Shown piece after piece: positions 1 to 6,857 of a stretch of DNA of 13,344 nt. A program made the position numbers and the translations under genes. Source of the DNA: an uncultured archaeon (GTDB lineage Archaea > Iainarchaeota > Iainarchaeia > Iainarchaeales > Iainarchaeaceae); NCBI GenBank assembly GCA_964577555.1, contig CAZNZM010000001.1:157942-171285 (forward strand), in the 5' to 3' direction. The stretch's first letter is position 1. The number at the start of each line of letters is the position of its first letter. The notes below the pieces were generated by a model. The model had not been told where the DNA came from and did not search any database. It worked only from the letters and a program-made list of their open reading frames with translations.

Positions 1-233
1 TCAAGTTGTTTTTTTTGTTTGTTTTTGGTGAGCCATTTTTTGTGGTCATTTTTTGCCATTATTTTTTTGTTTTTAGAGGTCATATTTTTATTTTTTTAAC
101 AAATTTGATTTTTTTTGTCTTGGTGTTTTTGTGTGTCAAGTTTTTGGCTTTTTTATTTTTTCGTGGTTTTTTAGAGATTTTGTTTTCTTTTTGGCTAGTT
201 TTGCGGTTTTGTTTTTCGTTTTTTTGTCATTAG
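1..233. repeat. Array of degenerate T-rich repeat units (family with core GGTGAGCC-A-T6-GTGGTCA)
   Basis: Positions 1-55 'tcaagttgttttttttgtttgtttttggtgagccattttttgtggtcatttttt' align closely with 13269-13320 'caagtcgttttttttgtttgtttttttttggcgagccgtttttttgtcattttt'. Weaker copies sit at about 135-165 ('gtcaagtttttggctttttt') and 192-230 ('...cgtttttttgtcat'). Confidence 0.6.
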
Positions 234-238
234 TTCTG

Positions 239-266
239 TTTTAAATTAATTATTATTTATTTATTA
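239..266 (+). promoter_or_regulatory. TATA-box-like AT block upstream of the surface-protein gene
   Basis: 'tttaaattaattattatttatttatta' is the only A-containing AT block in an otherwise T/G spacer. It ends 14 nt before the TTG start. Confidence 0.3.
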
Positions 267-279
267 CGGGTGTTTTTTT

Positions 280-2487
280 TTGGTTAGGTTGTGTTGGTTT
301 GTTTGGTTTGTTTTGTTTTTGCCTTTTTGTTTTTCTACAGCTCCGCAAATAACGTATATTTCTCATTTGCCTGACAAGTGGAATAGTTCTTCAAGTATAA
401 TTGCTAATTTATCTTATCCTGGTGTTGATTATTTTTTAGTTGTTATTGATAAATCTTCTGATACTGTTCCCTCTGAATTAGATGGTCATTCCAAAGTTAT
501 TGAGCCTTCTAATAATAAAGTTGTGCTTGGTACTAAGGATGATGGGGAGTGGTGGGTGCATGTTAGGGCAAAGGCAGGTGGCAAGTTAAGTGATACTGCG
601 CATGTTAAGGTAAAGATTGATTCTGTTGGTCCTTTTTATCCTGGTTCTTTTACTGCTGTTGCTCTTGATGATGGTTCGATTAAGCTTGAATGGTCTGATT
701 CTAAAGATGAAATGTCTGGAGTGGCTTTTTATGATATTTATCGTAGTAATGTTAGATTTGTTACTGAGGAGTTTGGTGGGGTTATAAGGACGAGGGATTT
801 TACAATAAAGGACAAGGTTGTTTCAAAGGTTGCTTCTGGTGTCAAAGGCAATTCTTTTATTGATTCTAATTTTGATAAAGGTAAGGGTTATTATTATCAT
901 TATAAAATTGTAGCTACTGATGGTGCTGGCAATCTTGGCAAGGTCAGTCCTGCTGTTTCTGTCAAGTCTGCTTCTTTTTGTGAGTTTAAGGTTTCCATGG
1001 ATGTTTTGTTGGAAGATTTTGATTTGAAAATTTTGGTAGGCACTTCTCAGAATTTTAGTGGTGGTAAATTAATTGTTACTGATCCTTCTGGTTCAAGTAG
1101 TATTGTTGTTGAGAATGTTTCTGGCAGGAATTCTGTTGATGCTAATTATTCTCTTGAAGGCAAGGTTAATGGCGATTATAATGTGTCGTTTGTTTCTTTT
1201 GATAAGCGTGCTAATATTTGTTCTAAGTCTGTGATATTTTCATATGATACTGTACCCCCTGTCGTGAATTTTTTGAGCCCTGCTAATAATTCTCCTCTTT
1301 CTGGTGTTGTAAAACTTGAAGCTTCTGGTAATGATGGTGGTGTAAATCCTTCTGGCATTGTTTCGTTGTCTTTTTTTATGAAAAAGTCGTCTGGGGAAGT
1401 TAAGATAGGTGATGCTGTTTTTTCTAATGGCAAGTTTTTGTTTGATTGGAATACTTTGGGTTATGAGAATGGCAGGTTTGAGGTTGTTGCAAGGGCGTTT
1501 GATAAGGTTGGTAATAAGGGTGAGGCTTCTAAATCTTTTTCAATTTATAATGCTGATTATATTAAGGTTAGTGTCGCTAGTTATATTGAGGATGCCAATC
1601 GTAAGAGGTCAGAATCTGTTTTGCTTTTGGATTCTCTTTCAAAGAAAGGTATTAATGTAGGCAAGTTGCGTAATATTCTTGTTGGTGCTGATTTGAATTT
1701 TTTTGATGCTGTTTCAATGTTTCAATCTTCTGAGTTTGAATTGGCAAATAATAGGGTTTCAAAGGCTGTTGTTGCGTATGATTATGTTTTGAATGCTGTT
1801 AAGATTGAAAATTATGGTTCTGGTTTGTATTCTTATAATGTTAATCAATTGGATGTTTTGCTTTCTGGTTCTGGTTTGGACAAGTCTCTTGTTCCTGAAG
1901 CTTCTGTTTTAATAAAAAAGTTTAATCCTTCAAGGGTAGTGAATTTGTTAAAAGTTGATTTTGATTCTAATTCGTATTATCTTGCTACTGTTGATGTAGT
2001 GTTTTCTTTGGATGGTAATTTTGGAAAAGTTAAGGTTGTTGAGTTGGTGCCTAAAAAGTTTGTGTCTGATGCTAATATGATTTTTTCTTCTTCTCGTTTT
2101 GAAGTGTTGGATAGGGATCCTGTTTTGTTGTTTTATGTTGATTCTAATTTTGGGAAGGATGTTAATATTACTTATATGATTAATAAAGAGCTTACTAAAA
2201 GTCAGGCTGATGCTTTGTTGGATGCCAATGTTTGGGGTTTGTGGGTTTCGCCGCCTATTTTGGTTTCTGAAAAGTCTGTTGTGAAAGGATTTTCTGGCAA
2301 TTCTGGGGTTAGTAATTTGAATTTGCCTGATTTTAAGATTGAAAAGATTGATAATAAGGTTTGGTTGTTTGGCGGTTTATTTTTGTTTATTGTTTTTATT
2401 TTGTTTATTTTTATTATTGTTTTGGGTGTTGTTGTTTATTATTTGTTTTTCAAGAAGAAAAATGGTGGTTTGCATAGTTTTAGATGA
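280..2487 (+). CDS. Secreted/cell-surface protein: signal peptide, Fn3-like and Ig-like beta-sandwich domains, uncharacterised C-terminal half, C-terminal membrane anchor
   Basis: 735-aa ORF with a TTG start at 280 (alternative in-frame TTG at 289). Hydrophobic N-terminus MVRLCWFVWFVLFLPFCFSTA resembles a signal peptide. 'GSIKLEWSDS...GVAFYDIYRS' is an Fn3-like pattern. 'DTVPPVVNFLSPANNSPLSGVVKLEASGND...ARAFDKVGNKGEAS' is a bacterial-Ig-like pattern. Eight N-x-S/T sequons by hand count. C-terminal hydrophobic helix LFGGLFLFIVFILFIFIIVLGVVVYYLFF is followed by KKK. Confidence 0.75.
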   Translation: MVRLCWFVWFVLFLPFCFSTAPQITYISHLPDKWNSSSSIIANLSYPGVDYFLVVIDKSSDTVPSELDGHSKVIEPSNNKVVLGTKDDGEWWVHVRAKAGGKLSDTAHVKVKIDSVGPFYPGSFTAVALDDGSIKLEWSDSKDEMSGVAFYDIYRSNVRFVTEEFGGVIRTRDFTIKDKVVSKVASGVKGNSFIDSNFDKGKGYYYHYKIVATDGAGNLGKVSPAVSVKSASFCEFKVSMDVLLEDFDLKILVGTSQNFSGGKLIVTDPSGSSSIVVENVSGRNSVDANYSLEGKVNGDYNVSFVSFDKRANICSKSVIFSYDTVPPVVNFLSPANNSPLSGVVKLEASGNDGGVNPSGIVSLSFFMKKSSGEVKIGDAVFSNGKFLFDWNTLGYENGRFEVVARAFDKVGNKGEASKSFSIYNADYIKVSVASYIEDANRKRSESVLLLDSLSKKGINVGKLRNILVGADLNFFDAVSMFQSSEFELANNRVSKAVVAYDYVLNAVKIENYGSGLYSYNVNQLDVLLSGSGLDKSLVPEASVLIKKFNPSRVVNLLKVDFDSNSYYLATVDVVFSLDGNFGKVKVVELVPKKFVSDANMIFSSSRFEVLDRDPVLLFYVDSNFGKDVNITYMINKELTKSQADALLDANVWGLWVSPPILVSEKSVVKGFSGNSGVSNLNLPDFKIEKIDNKVWLFGGLFLFIVFILFIFIIVLGVVVYYLFFKKKNGGLHSFR

Positions 2488-3526
2488 TTATGTCAAGTCT
2501 GTAGTTTCTGAGGTTAATGCTGAGATTTTAAAGTTTTTTCCTAGACGTTTTTCTAAGAAGTGGTGTGAAAGTTCTCTTGGCAATATTGAGTTTGAATTTG
2601 ATTCTGAGGCTTCTCAGAGTGCTTTGTTTGATCCTATTTGGGATTTTTTAGATCGTGGTGGTAAGCGTTGGCGTCCTGCATTGGCTTTGCTTGCGTGTGA
2701 GGCTGTTGGCGGAAAGAGATCAGATGCTATTCCTTATTGTATTATTCCTGAGTTTGTTCATAATGGAACTATAATGGTGGATGATGTTGAGGATAATTCT
2801 GTTTTGAGGCGTGGCAAGCCGTCAACTCATATTTTGTATGGTGTTGATGTTGCGGTTAATGCTGGTAATGCCATGTATTATATTCCTCTTGTGTTGCTTT
2901 TTGGTTCTGGTCTTTCCGATAAAAAGAAGTTGGAGATTTATAATTTGTATGCTAAGTATATGTTGAGGCTTTCTTTTGGACAGGCTTGGGATATTTATTG
3001 GCATCGTGGCAATGGTGTTGTTTCTGAGAAGAAGTATTTGCAGATGTGTGTTTTTAAGACTGGTTCTCTTGCCGCTTTTTCAGCTGGGCTTGGCGGAATA
3101 CTTGGCAATGGTTCTAAAAAGCAGGTTGCTGCTTTGATTCAATTTGCCGAGAGTATTGGTGTTGCGTTTCAGATTCAGGATGATATTTTGAATATTAAAC
3201 CTGAAAATCTTGAATGGGGAAAGGAAATAGGTGATGATATTAAAGAGGGTAAAAGAACTTTGATGGTGGTTCATGCTCTTTCTGTTTTACCCAAATCTGA
3301 AAGAGCCAGGCTTTTAAAAATCATTAATTTGAAGGAAAAGTCTGAAAGTGATGTGGATCATGCAATAAAATTGCTTGAAAAGTCAGGTTCTATTGATTAT
3401 GCAAGGGATTATGCTCGTAGGATTGTTGCAAATAGTTGGAATTCGCTTGATAGGATTTTGCCTGATTCTAAGGCTAAGTTTTTGTTGAAGGATTTTGCTG
3501 ATTATTTGGTTAAAAGAAATATTTGA
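2462..3526 (+). CDS. Short-chain trans-prenyl diphosphate synthase, most likely geranylgeranyl diphosphate synthase (type-III-like)
   Basis: First Asp-rich motif DDVED in 'HNGTIMVDDVEDNSVLRRGKPSTH'; second in 'FQIQDDILN'; 'GKRWRPAL'; 'GQAWDIYW'. From memory, the motif string parallels eukaryote-type GGPP synthases (human GGPS1 'LIDDIEDNSKLRRG...GQGLDIYW...FQIRDD'). The tracked ORF starts at 2339, but its first 41 aa are an F/L-rich out-of-frame reading of the upstream TM anchor. The ATG at 2462 was chosen, giving a 26-nt overlap with the upstream stop. Confidence 0.85.
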   Translation: MVVCIVLDDYVKSVVSEVNAEILKFFPRRFSKKWCESSLGNIEFEFDSEASQSALFDPIWDFLDRGGKRWRPALALLACEAVGGKRSDAIPYCIIPEFVHNGTIMVDDVEDNSVLRRGKPSTHILYGVDVAVNAGNAMYYIPLVLLFGSGLSDKKKLEIYNLYAKYMLRLSFGQAWDIYWHRGNGVVSEKKYLQMCVFKTGSLAAFSAGLGGILGNGSKKQVAALIQFAESIGVAFQIQDDILNIKPENLEWGKEIGDDIKEGKRTLMVVHALSVLPKSERARLLKIINLKEKSESDVDHAIKLLEKSGSIDYARDYARRIVANSWNSLDRILPDSKAKFLLKDFADYLVKRNI

Positions 3527-3535
3527 TTTATTTGA

Positions 3536-3562
3536 TTTTTAGTTGTTTTTTTTATTTTTTTT
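3536..3562 (+). terminator. Oligo-T tracts (T5, T8, T8) downstream of the GGPP synthase gene; archaeal-type intrinsic terminator candidate
   Basis: T5 at 3536-3540, T8 at 3546-3553 and T8 at 3555-3562, all within 40 nt of the TGA at 3524-3526. The whole spacer is T-rich, so specificity is low. Confidence 0.4.
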
Positions 3563-3780
3563 AGTTTTAAAATTCAGTCTGTTTTTTTGCGAGCCTATTT
3601 TGTTTTATTTTTTGTTTTGTTTTTGTGGTGCTGTTGTTTTTAATTGGAAATTATTTTTTTTGATTGTTTTTTTTGTTTGAAATTTTGTTTTTTTTGCGAG
3701 CCATTTTTTTGTGGGGTTGTTTTTTTTATTTATTTTTTTTGAATTGTTTTTTGTTGTTTTTAATTTTTTATGAGCTGTTT
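3541..3780. repeat. Same repeat family, two core copies (GCGAGCC at 3589-3595 and 3696-3702) plus shared sub-motifs
   Basis: 'tttttttgcgagcctattttg' and 'tttttttgcgagccatttttttgtgg'. 'agttgtttttttt' (3541-3553) matches the start of the edge units. 'tttattttttttagttttaaaatt' (3551-3574) matches 7619-7643. A 'gagctgttttt' variant lies at 3772-3782. Confidence 0.6.
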
Positions 3781-4527
3781 TTATACTTCTTCGTATTCTC
3801 TTTCTACTTTGCTTATTATTACTCCTTTTTCTGTTGTTATTTCTACTGGGTGTAGGTCTTCTGAGTGTTTTGTGGCTCGCATTTTTCTTATGTGCATGGT
3901 TCTGTTGCTTCTGCCTGATCCTAATCCCATATAGTGCAGTGTTATTACTCCGTCTGCTACGAATTCTTCTACTCCATATCTGCTGAATTTGTTGTTGCCT
4001 TCTTCTATTTCTGTTATCATTAGTGTTGTTATTCCCATTTTCATTAGTAAGTAGGATAGTTTTAGAATTGCAGCTCTTATTTGGTTGTCGTTTTCAAAAT
4101 TAAATCCTAGTGCTGGTATTGAATCTATGACTATTCTTTTTGCTCCTATTCTTTTTGTTGCTCTTAATATTTCTAAAAGTAATTTGTCTATGTCGAATCC
4201 TGTTGCTGGCATTGAGAATTCTTCTTCGCTTTGAAGCCCTATTTTTGCTATGCTTCCGTCTATTATTTGGAGCATGTTTTGGTTTTCCAGTGTTCTTATG
4301 TCCCATCCGAATCTTAGCATGTCTTGCCTTACTAATTCAGGTCTTTCGTCTAGTGAGACATATATGCCCGGGTCTTTGTATTTTGTGGCCCCCATGTAGA
4401 GGTATTGCATTCCTATTATTGTTTTTCCCGTGCCGCATGCTCCTGAAATTAGTATTGATCTTCCTTCTGGGAACCCTCCTTCTATTAATTCGTCAAGGCC
4501 GGGCACGCCTGTTTTAACTCTGTTCAT
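3781..4527 (-). CDS. Single-domain KaiC-like / RecA-superfamily ATPase (archaeal RAD55/KaiC family)
   Basis: 'GVPGLDELIEGGFPEGRSILISGACGTGKT' is the typical KaiC-family N-terminus with Walker A. 'YVSLDERPE' carries the catalytic Glu region. 'KRIVIDSIPAL' is the Walker B. At 248 aa it has one RecA domain, not the double-domain cyanobacterial KaiC. Confidence 0.85.
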   Translation of the reverse strand: MNRVKTGVPGLDELIEGGFPEGRSILISGACGTGKTIIGMQYLYMGATKYKDPGIYVSLDERPELVRQDMLRFGWDIRTLENQNMLQIIDGSIAKIGLQSEEEFSMPATGFDIDKLLLEILRATKRIGAKRIVIDSIPALGFNFENDNQIRAAILKLSYLLMKMGITTLMITEIEEGNNKFSRYGVEEFVADGVITLHYMGLGSGRSNRTMHIRKMRATKHSEDLHPVEITTEKGVIISKVEREYEEV

Positions 4528-4550
4528 GTTCTCTTTAGATTTTTTTGTGG

Positions 4551-4565
4551 TTTATAATATTTAAA
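4551..4565 (-). promoter_or_regulatory. TATA-box-like element (with purine-rich BRE-like GAAAG upstream) for the KaiC-like gene
   Basis: The - strand reads GAAAG-TTTAAATATTATAAA-23 nt-ATG. This spacing implies a very short or absent 5' leader. No SD motif. Confidence 0.45.
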
Positions 4566-4817
4566 CTTTCTTGATTGTTGTCTTTGGTCAATCATTTATA
4601 AAGTAATGTTGTTGTCCTTTATTTTGTTCTTGTTTTTTTTGTGTTTTTATATATTTGTTTAGATTGAAGTTTGATTTGTCTAGTTTTATTTTTTTGCAGC
4701 AATATGGTTGATTTTGTCGGAAGTAATTATTTGCAAAGCTGATATGTTTAGTAAAATTTTATAGTGTGTTGTGTTGTCTTGTTTAGGAATTATGTGTTTT
4801 GGTGTCAGTTTTGTTAT

Positions 4818-6671
4818 TTATGTTCTTATGACTTCTGTTATTCCTTTTATTTCGTAGAGTTTTTTTTCAAGTTCTTCTATTTGTTGTGTGTTTCTTATTT
4901 TGATTACAAAGTCGCAGATTGTCATGTTTTGGGATATTGTTTTTGCAGATGTTTTTGTTATTTGTATTTTGTTTTTTGCGAAAACATCCAGTATTTCTTT
5001 GAGTATCCCTATTCTTTTGTTTGTTGTTATTTTTATTTCTGTTTCGTATTCTTTTTTTTCGCTACCTGTCCAGGTTACTTCTATATTTTTTGATTTTATT
5101 TTTTCTATTTCCTTGCAGTCTATTCTGTGGACTGATATTTTTCTTTTTGTGGTTTTTATTCCAATTACGTTGTCTCCTGGTATTGGGTTGCAGCATTTTG
5201 CTAATCTTACTCTATTGTCTGTAATTTTTATTGCGTTTTTTTGTATTGTTTTTTTTCTTGGTTTTTCTTCTTTGGTCTTTATGTGTAGCATTGCTCTTAT
5301 TTTTTGTTTTGCTTTTGCTGTTTTGACTAGTGAAAGCCATCCTACTTTTGGGGTTTGTTTTTGCGAGGTTATTATTTCTATTACATCTCCGGTGTATAGT
5401 GTTGTGTTTATTGGGGACATTTTGCCGTTTATTATTGCTTTTTGGCATTTGTTTCCAAGTTCGGTGTGTACTGCGTATGCAAAGTCCAGTGCAGTGGCTC
5501 CTTCTGGTAGTTCTATAATTTCTCCTTTTGGTGTTAGTGTGTATATTTCTTTTGTTAGGGCTTCTATTTTTGTTGTTCCTGTTTCTTTTTGCCATTCTAT
5601 TATTTGTTTTATCCATTCTATTTTTTTGTCGTATTTTGAATCTTTTGTTCCTTTATATTTCCAGTGTGATGCCAATCCGTATTCTGCAAAATTTTGCATT
5701 TCTTTTGTTCTTATTTGTATTTCTATTAGGGTGTTGTTGTCTATTAGTATTGTAGTGTGTAGTGATTTGTATCCGTTTTCTTTTGGTTTTGCTATGTAGT
5801 CGTCGAATTCTCCTGGCAGTGGTTTCCAGAGGCTGTGGACTATTCCCAGTGCTTCATAGCATTCTTTTTCTGTTTCGGTTATTATTCTGAGGGCTATTAT
5901 GTCGTATATTTTTTCTATAGGGCAGTTTTTTCTTATCATTTTTTCATTTGTGCTGTAAGCTGTTTTTATTCTTCCATAAATTGTTGCGTTTATTCCTGCT
6001 TTTGTTAGTTCGTTTTTTAGTCTTTCTTTTGTTGTATTGATTTTTTCAGTTGCTTTTTCTTTTATTTCTGATATTTTTTTTTCTAATTGTGCATATTTTT
6101 GCGGTTCTGTTTCTCTGAATGTTATTTCGTTTATTTCAGAGCTTATGGAGTAAATGCCGAATTTGTGTGCCATTTGGGCGTATATTTCTTTTGCTTGTTT
6201 TAGGAATTTTGTTCTTTCATTTTCTGGTAGTTCTTTTATTTTTCTTGCTTTGTCAAGTGCTTCTGCTAGTTGGAGTATGAATATGTTTGGGTTTGTTGCC
6301 ATTACTATTAGTAGTTTTTTTCTTGTTGTTTCTATGTTGTCGTTTTTTGTTGAAAGTGCTTTTTCAAGTTTTTCTTTTTCGTTGATGATGTTTAGTATTT
6401 GTTGTCCGAATTCGTTTTCTACTTCTTTTTCTGGCAAGCCGAGTGTTGTTAGGTTGTGTATGAATCCTGCTATTATCAATTCTTTTTCCATGCCTATTTC
6501 TAAAAGTATTGTTGCAACTGCTATGTTGTGTCTTGCATATATGTTAAGGTCTTTTTTTCCTATTTTGCATGCTTTAGCCAGTAATTCGTAGCCTTTTTTT
6601 ATTTTTTCTGAATTTCCGAATAGTTTTGCGTATTGTTCTGCAAATTTTTCTGTTTCGGCGTGCATTTCCAT
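4818..6671 (-). CDS. Long RelA/SpoT homologue (RSH), RelA-like: (p)ppGpp synthetase with degenerate HD hydrolase domain plus TGS, Cys-rich zinc-finger and ACT/RRM domains
   Basis: Synthetase motifs: 'GRIKTAYSTNEKM', 'YDIIALRII', 'EFDDYIAKPKENGYKSLHTT', 'IEIQIRTKEMQNFAEYGLASHWKYKG'. TGS: 'IYTLTPKGEIIELPEGATALDFAYAVHTELGNKC...GDVIEIITS'. Zinc-finger/CC: 'CCNPIPGDNVIGIKTTKRKISVHRIDC'. C-terminal ACT-like: 'IKITTNKRIGILKEILDVFAKNKIQI'. The N-terminal HD-like fold has 'FIHNLTTLG' where Rel has 'FLHDVVEDT', and 'QLAEALDKARK' where Rel has 'KLADRLHNMRT'. Confidence 0.85.
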   Translation of the reverse strand: MEMHAETEKFAEQYAKLFGNSEKIKKGYELLAKACKIGKKDLNIYARHNIAVATILLEIGMEKELIIAGFIHNLTTLGLPEKEVENEFGQQILNIINEKEKLEKALSTKNDNIETTRKKLLIVMATNPNIFILQLAEALDKARKIKELPENERTKFLKQAKEIYAQMAHKFGIYSISSEINEITFRETEPQKYAQLEKKISEIKEKATEKINTTKERLKNELTKAGINATIYGRIKTAYSTNEKMIRKNCPIEKIYDIIALRIITETEKECYEALGIVHSLWKPLPGEFDDYIAKPKENGYKSLHTTILIDNNTLIEIQIRTKEMQNFAEYGLASHWKYKGTKDSKYDKKIEWIKQIIEWQKETGTTKIEALTKEIYTLTPKGEIIELPEGATALDFAYAVHTELGNKCQKAIINGKMSPINTTLYTGDVIEIITSQKQTPKVGWLSLVKTAKAKQKIRAMLHIKTKEEKPRKKTIQKNAIKITDNRVRLAKCCNPIPGDNVIGIKTTKRKISVHRIDCKEIEKIKSKNIEVTWTGSEKKEYETEIKITTNKRIGILKEILDVFAKNKIQITKTSAKTISQNMTICDFVIKIRNTQQIEELEKKLYEIKGITEVIRT

Positions 6672-6690
6672 AATAATTTTACTCTTTTAG

Positions 6691-6700
6691 CTTTATTTTA
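6691..6700 (-). promoter_or_regulatory. TATA-box-like element for the RSH gene
   Basis: The - strand reads TAAAATAAAG, centred about 25 nt upstream of the ATG at 6671. No SD motif. The A-rich background makes this weak. Confidence 0.3.
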
Positions 6701-6817
6701 GGTTTTGCGTGTTATTGTAAATCTTTGAATTGAACTAATGTGAGGTGTAGCGTCTCTCTTAAAGGTTTTGGAGGTTGGTTTGTATTTTTATTCTGGTGGT
6801 TTTTTTTGGTTTGTTTT

Positions 6818-6840
6818 TTATTTTAATCGTATTATTTAAT
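6818..6840 (+). promoter_or_regulatory. TATA-box-like region for tpiA (divergent from the RSH promoter)
   Basis: 'ttattttaatcgtattatttaat' lies 18-40 nt upstream of the TTG start at 6858. Confidence 0.3.
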
Positions 6841-6857
6841 TTGTTGGTGAGTTTTTT

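Noticed and set aside
6-233. F-rich + strand ORFs in spacers (6-233, 3664-3855, 12994-13194)
   Set aside because: These are poly-T/G repeat sequence read in a stop-free frame. They have an implausible Phe/Leu/Cys composition and overlap the repeat family.
2339-2461. N-terminal 41-aa hydrophobic extension of the GGPP synthase ORF (would suggest a membrane-anchored enzyme)
   Set aside because: It is the +2-frame reading of the T-rich region encoding the upstream protein's TM anchor. The conserved prenyl-synthase N-terminus begins at the ATG at 2462.
3781-4527. Circadian clock function for the KaiC homologue
   Set aside because: It has a single RecA domain of 248 aa with no KaiA or KaiB genes nearby. 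Archaeal KaiC-like proteins are generic signalling ATPases.
4528-4817. 290-bp spacer searched for a tRNA, small RNA or small ORF
   Set aside because: No GC-rich stem-forming segment or cloverleaf-compatible sequence was seen. Only very short ORFs are present (for example MVDFVGSNYLQS). It is probably the RSH 3' region plus the KaiC-like promoter.
5212-5616. K/N/R-rich - strand ORFs (5212-5616, 4100-4306, 9647-9850, 10711-10938, 10939-11256, 1176-1433, 2822-3004, 3080-3274, 6990-7181)
   Set aside because: These are alternative-frame or antisense readings of real genes on a T-poor strand, where stops are rare. They have a basic low-complexity composition and no motifs.
4888-5799. 303-aa + strand ORF (and others at 4140-4517, 4764-5093, 5021-5224, 5330-5518, 5528-5755, 6154-6591, 7739-8080, 8577-8915, 8964-9200, 9106-9300, 9432-9686, 9965-10238, 10217-10545, 10502-11017, 11215-11620, 11749-12260, 12321-12736, 12737-12928)
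   Set aside because: All are antisense or out of frame to well-supported - strand genes. They are F/L/C/V-rich and low-complexity, with no recognisable motifs. They exist because the + strand is A-poor, so TAA, TAG and TGA are rare.
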